DNA of 37,317 nt, taken from NCBI RefSeq assembly GCF_004010195.1, contig NW_025213913.1, forward strand, positions 1 to 37,317. Direction: 5' to 3'. Below the pieces are notes generated by a model, which was not told where the DNA came from, searched no databases, and was given only the letters and a program-made list of their open reading frames with translations. Each line of letters opens with the position of its first letter. Within the stretch, counting starts at the first letter, position 1. Made by a program: the position numbers and the translations under genes. This stretch comes from Chiloscyllium plagiosum (Eukaryota). Shown here piece by piece: positions 35,849-37,317 of the stretch.

Positions 35849-36859
35849 TTCTACCCTAGACAGAATAGATTAGTCATTTCGTGGTGGGCAATATTTGGGG
35901 TGCTATAAATGTCGGTCCTTAGGCCCCAACTGTTTAACATTTGTAATATAACTTTGATTATGGTTTACGAAATACCATACCTTCATTTTCACTTGCACGT
36001 AACATCGGTGTAAAAGTGCATTGCAGATAATATGTCAGAAATTTACAACGAAAATTTTATAAATGGATATTGTGAATGGACCAATAATTAGCAGATAAGT
36101 TTAAAACTATGTTTTCTATTTTGGTCAGAGGAATATAAAGATATCTTATTTTCTAAAATTGCTTAAGTGCAGACTATATGAGTCAACTCGTACATATCAC
36201 AGAAAGCTCACATGCAGTCCAGCAGGTAAAGAGAAAGGCAAATGCAATTTAAGAGATTATATCTGAAAGAATAGAGTGTAAACGGAAGAGAGTATTGCTG
36301 CAACTGTGCAAGACATTCGTGAGACTGCAAATGTACATTATATGCAGTTCTGGAACCCTGACGTGAGGAGGTATTTGACTGCGTTATACACATTTCATAA
36401 GCAACCAGATTGCTTCAAAAGATGAAGAGATTGTCGTATGAAGAGATATTGAGCATTTCAGGCCAACATTCTCTGGAATTTAGAAGAATGAGAGGGGATC
36501 TCAATAAAGGATGTAAGATGCCAAAGGTGATTGAAAATGTAGATGTGGAGTGGAAATTCCGTCGCGTGAGGCAATCGAGAACAAGAGATCATAATTTTAG
36601 GTTAACGTAGAGCAGTTTTAATACAGGTGTAAAGAGATCTTAATTCTGTAAAAGAGTTGTGAATCTATGCAAAAGTCCAGAGGCCAGTGGGTTCTGGGAC
36701 ATTGAGTAAGTGAAGGGTTATGGAGAGCGAGCAGGGAAATGGAAATAAGGCCGGAATGACATCAAACGTGATCATATTCAATGCCGGAGCAGGCTTGAAG
36801 TGGACTATTTGCCGACTGATGTTCCTCGTTCCTATTCAGCCCTTCGAGTGTGCTGTACG

Positions 36860-37317
36860 TGATTAGAACACAGAGTAGTAGAGCTCAGTACAAGCCCTTC
36901 AGCCCTCGATGTTGTGCCGATATTTTATCCTACTGTGCACCAGCTTCATTGTACTTTCTTCCATGTGCGTTCCAAGAGTTGCTATAAAGTCCCCAATGTA
37001 TTTGGCTCAATAGCCATCCCTGGCAGTGCATTCCCCGGACCCGCCACTCTCTGTGTAAACAACCGAACTCTGACATCTCCTTTAAATCTTCTTCCATTCA
37101 CATTAAAATTATATCCCCTTGCAATTGCCATTTCCAATCTGGGAAGAAGTCTTTCGCTATCTACTCTGAAAATGGAGCAGCGCTTCAAAAGCTCGTGTTT
37201 CCAATTACGCCTGTTGGCCTGTAACCTTGTGTTGCGTAATTTTAACTTTGTACTCCCGAGTCCAACACCAACATCTCCAAATCGTAGTCCATCTATGCCT
37301 CTCATCATTTTGGATAT
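36860..37317 (-). mobile_element. CR1 3' fragment running off the window end
   Basis: RVDSERLLPRLEMAIARGYNFNVNGRRFKGDVRVRLFTQRVAGPGNALPG plus reverse CR1 tail at ~36865-36920. Confidence 0.88.

Larger units (their letters stand above)
34880..36835 (+). mobile_element. Decayed CR1 RT through 3' tail, with nested PLE pieces
   Basis: YLDLQKEFNKMP, SVLRPQLFNI, KRLSYEEILSISGQHSLEFRRMRGDL, tail 'gccgactgatgttcctcgttcctat'. Confidence 0.8.

Noticed and set aside
1..37317. CRISPR arrays, prokaryotic operons or defence systems
   Set aside because: No regularly spaced repeats or gene-dense organisation; the content is vertebrate retroelements plus one spliced gene.

Overview
Repeat-dominated vertebrate genomic DNA, very likely from a shark. 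The evidence is HE1-type SINEs, shark-style CR1 LINEs and a GPR139-like receptor of the type expanded in cartilaginous fish; the taxon is inferred from recalled family motifs, not from a database search. Most of the window is decayed retroelements: many CR1 LINE fragments on both strands, a ~7.6 kb cluster of Tx1-clade LINE copies, three HE1 SINEs, and about nine Penelope-like element (PLE) pieces from at least three lineages. The only host gene evident is the main coding exon of a GPR139-like class A GPCR (22161-23056, minus strand). It has a clear phase-1 splice acceptor, a DRF-to-DLF change, and no convincing first exon. The most notable hidden signal is RNA-level. PLE termini carry minimal type-I hammerhead ribozyme motifs (two look intact, about six are decayed), and two ~90-105 bp hammerhead-bearing PLE termini are inserted on their own with 12-13 bp target-site duplications. 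Boundaries of old repeats are approximate (tens of bp). No prokaryotic systems, CRISPR arrays or rRNA/tRNA genes were found.
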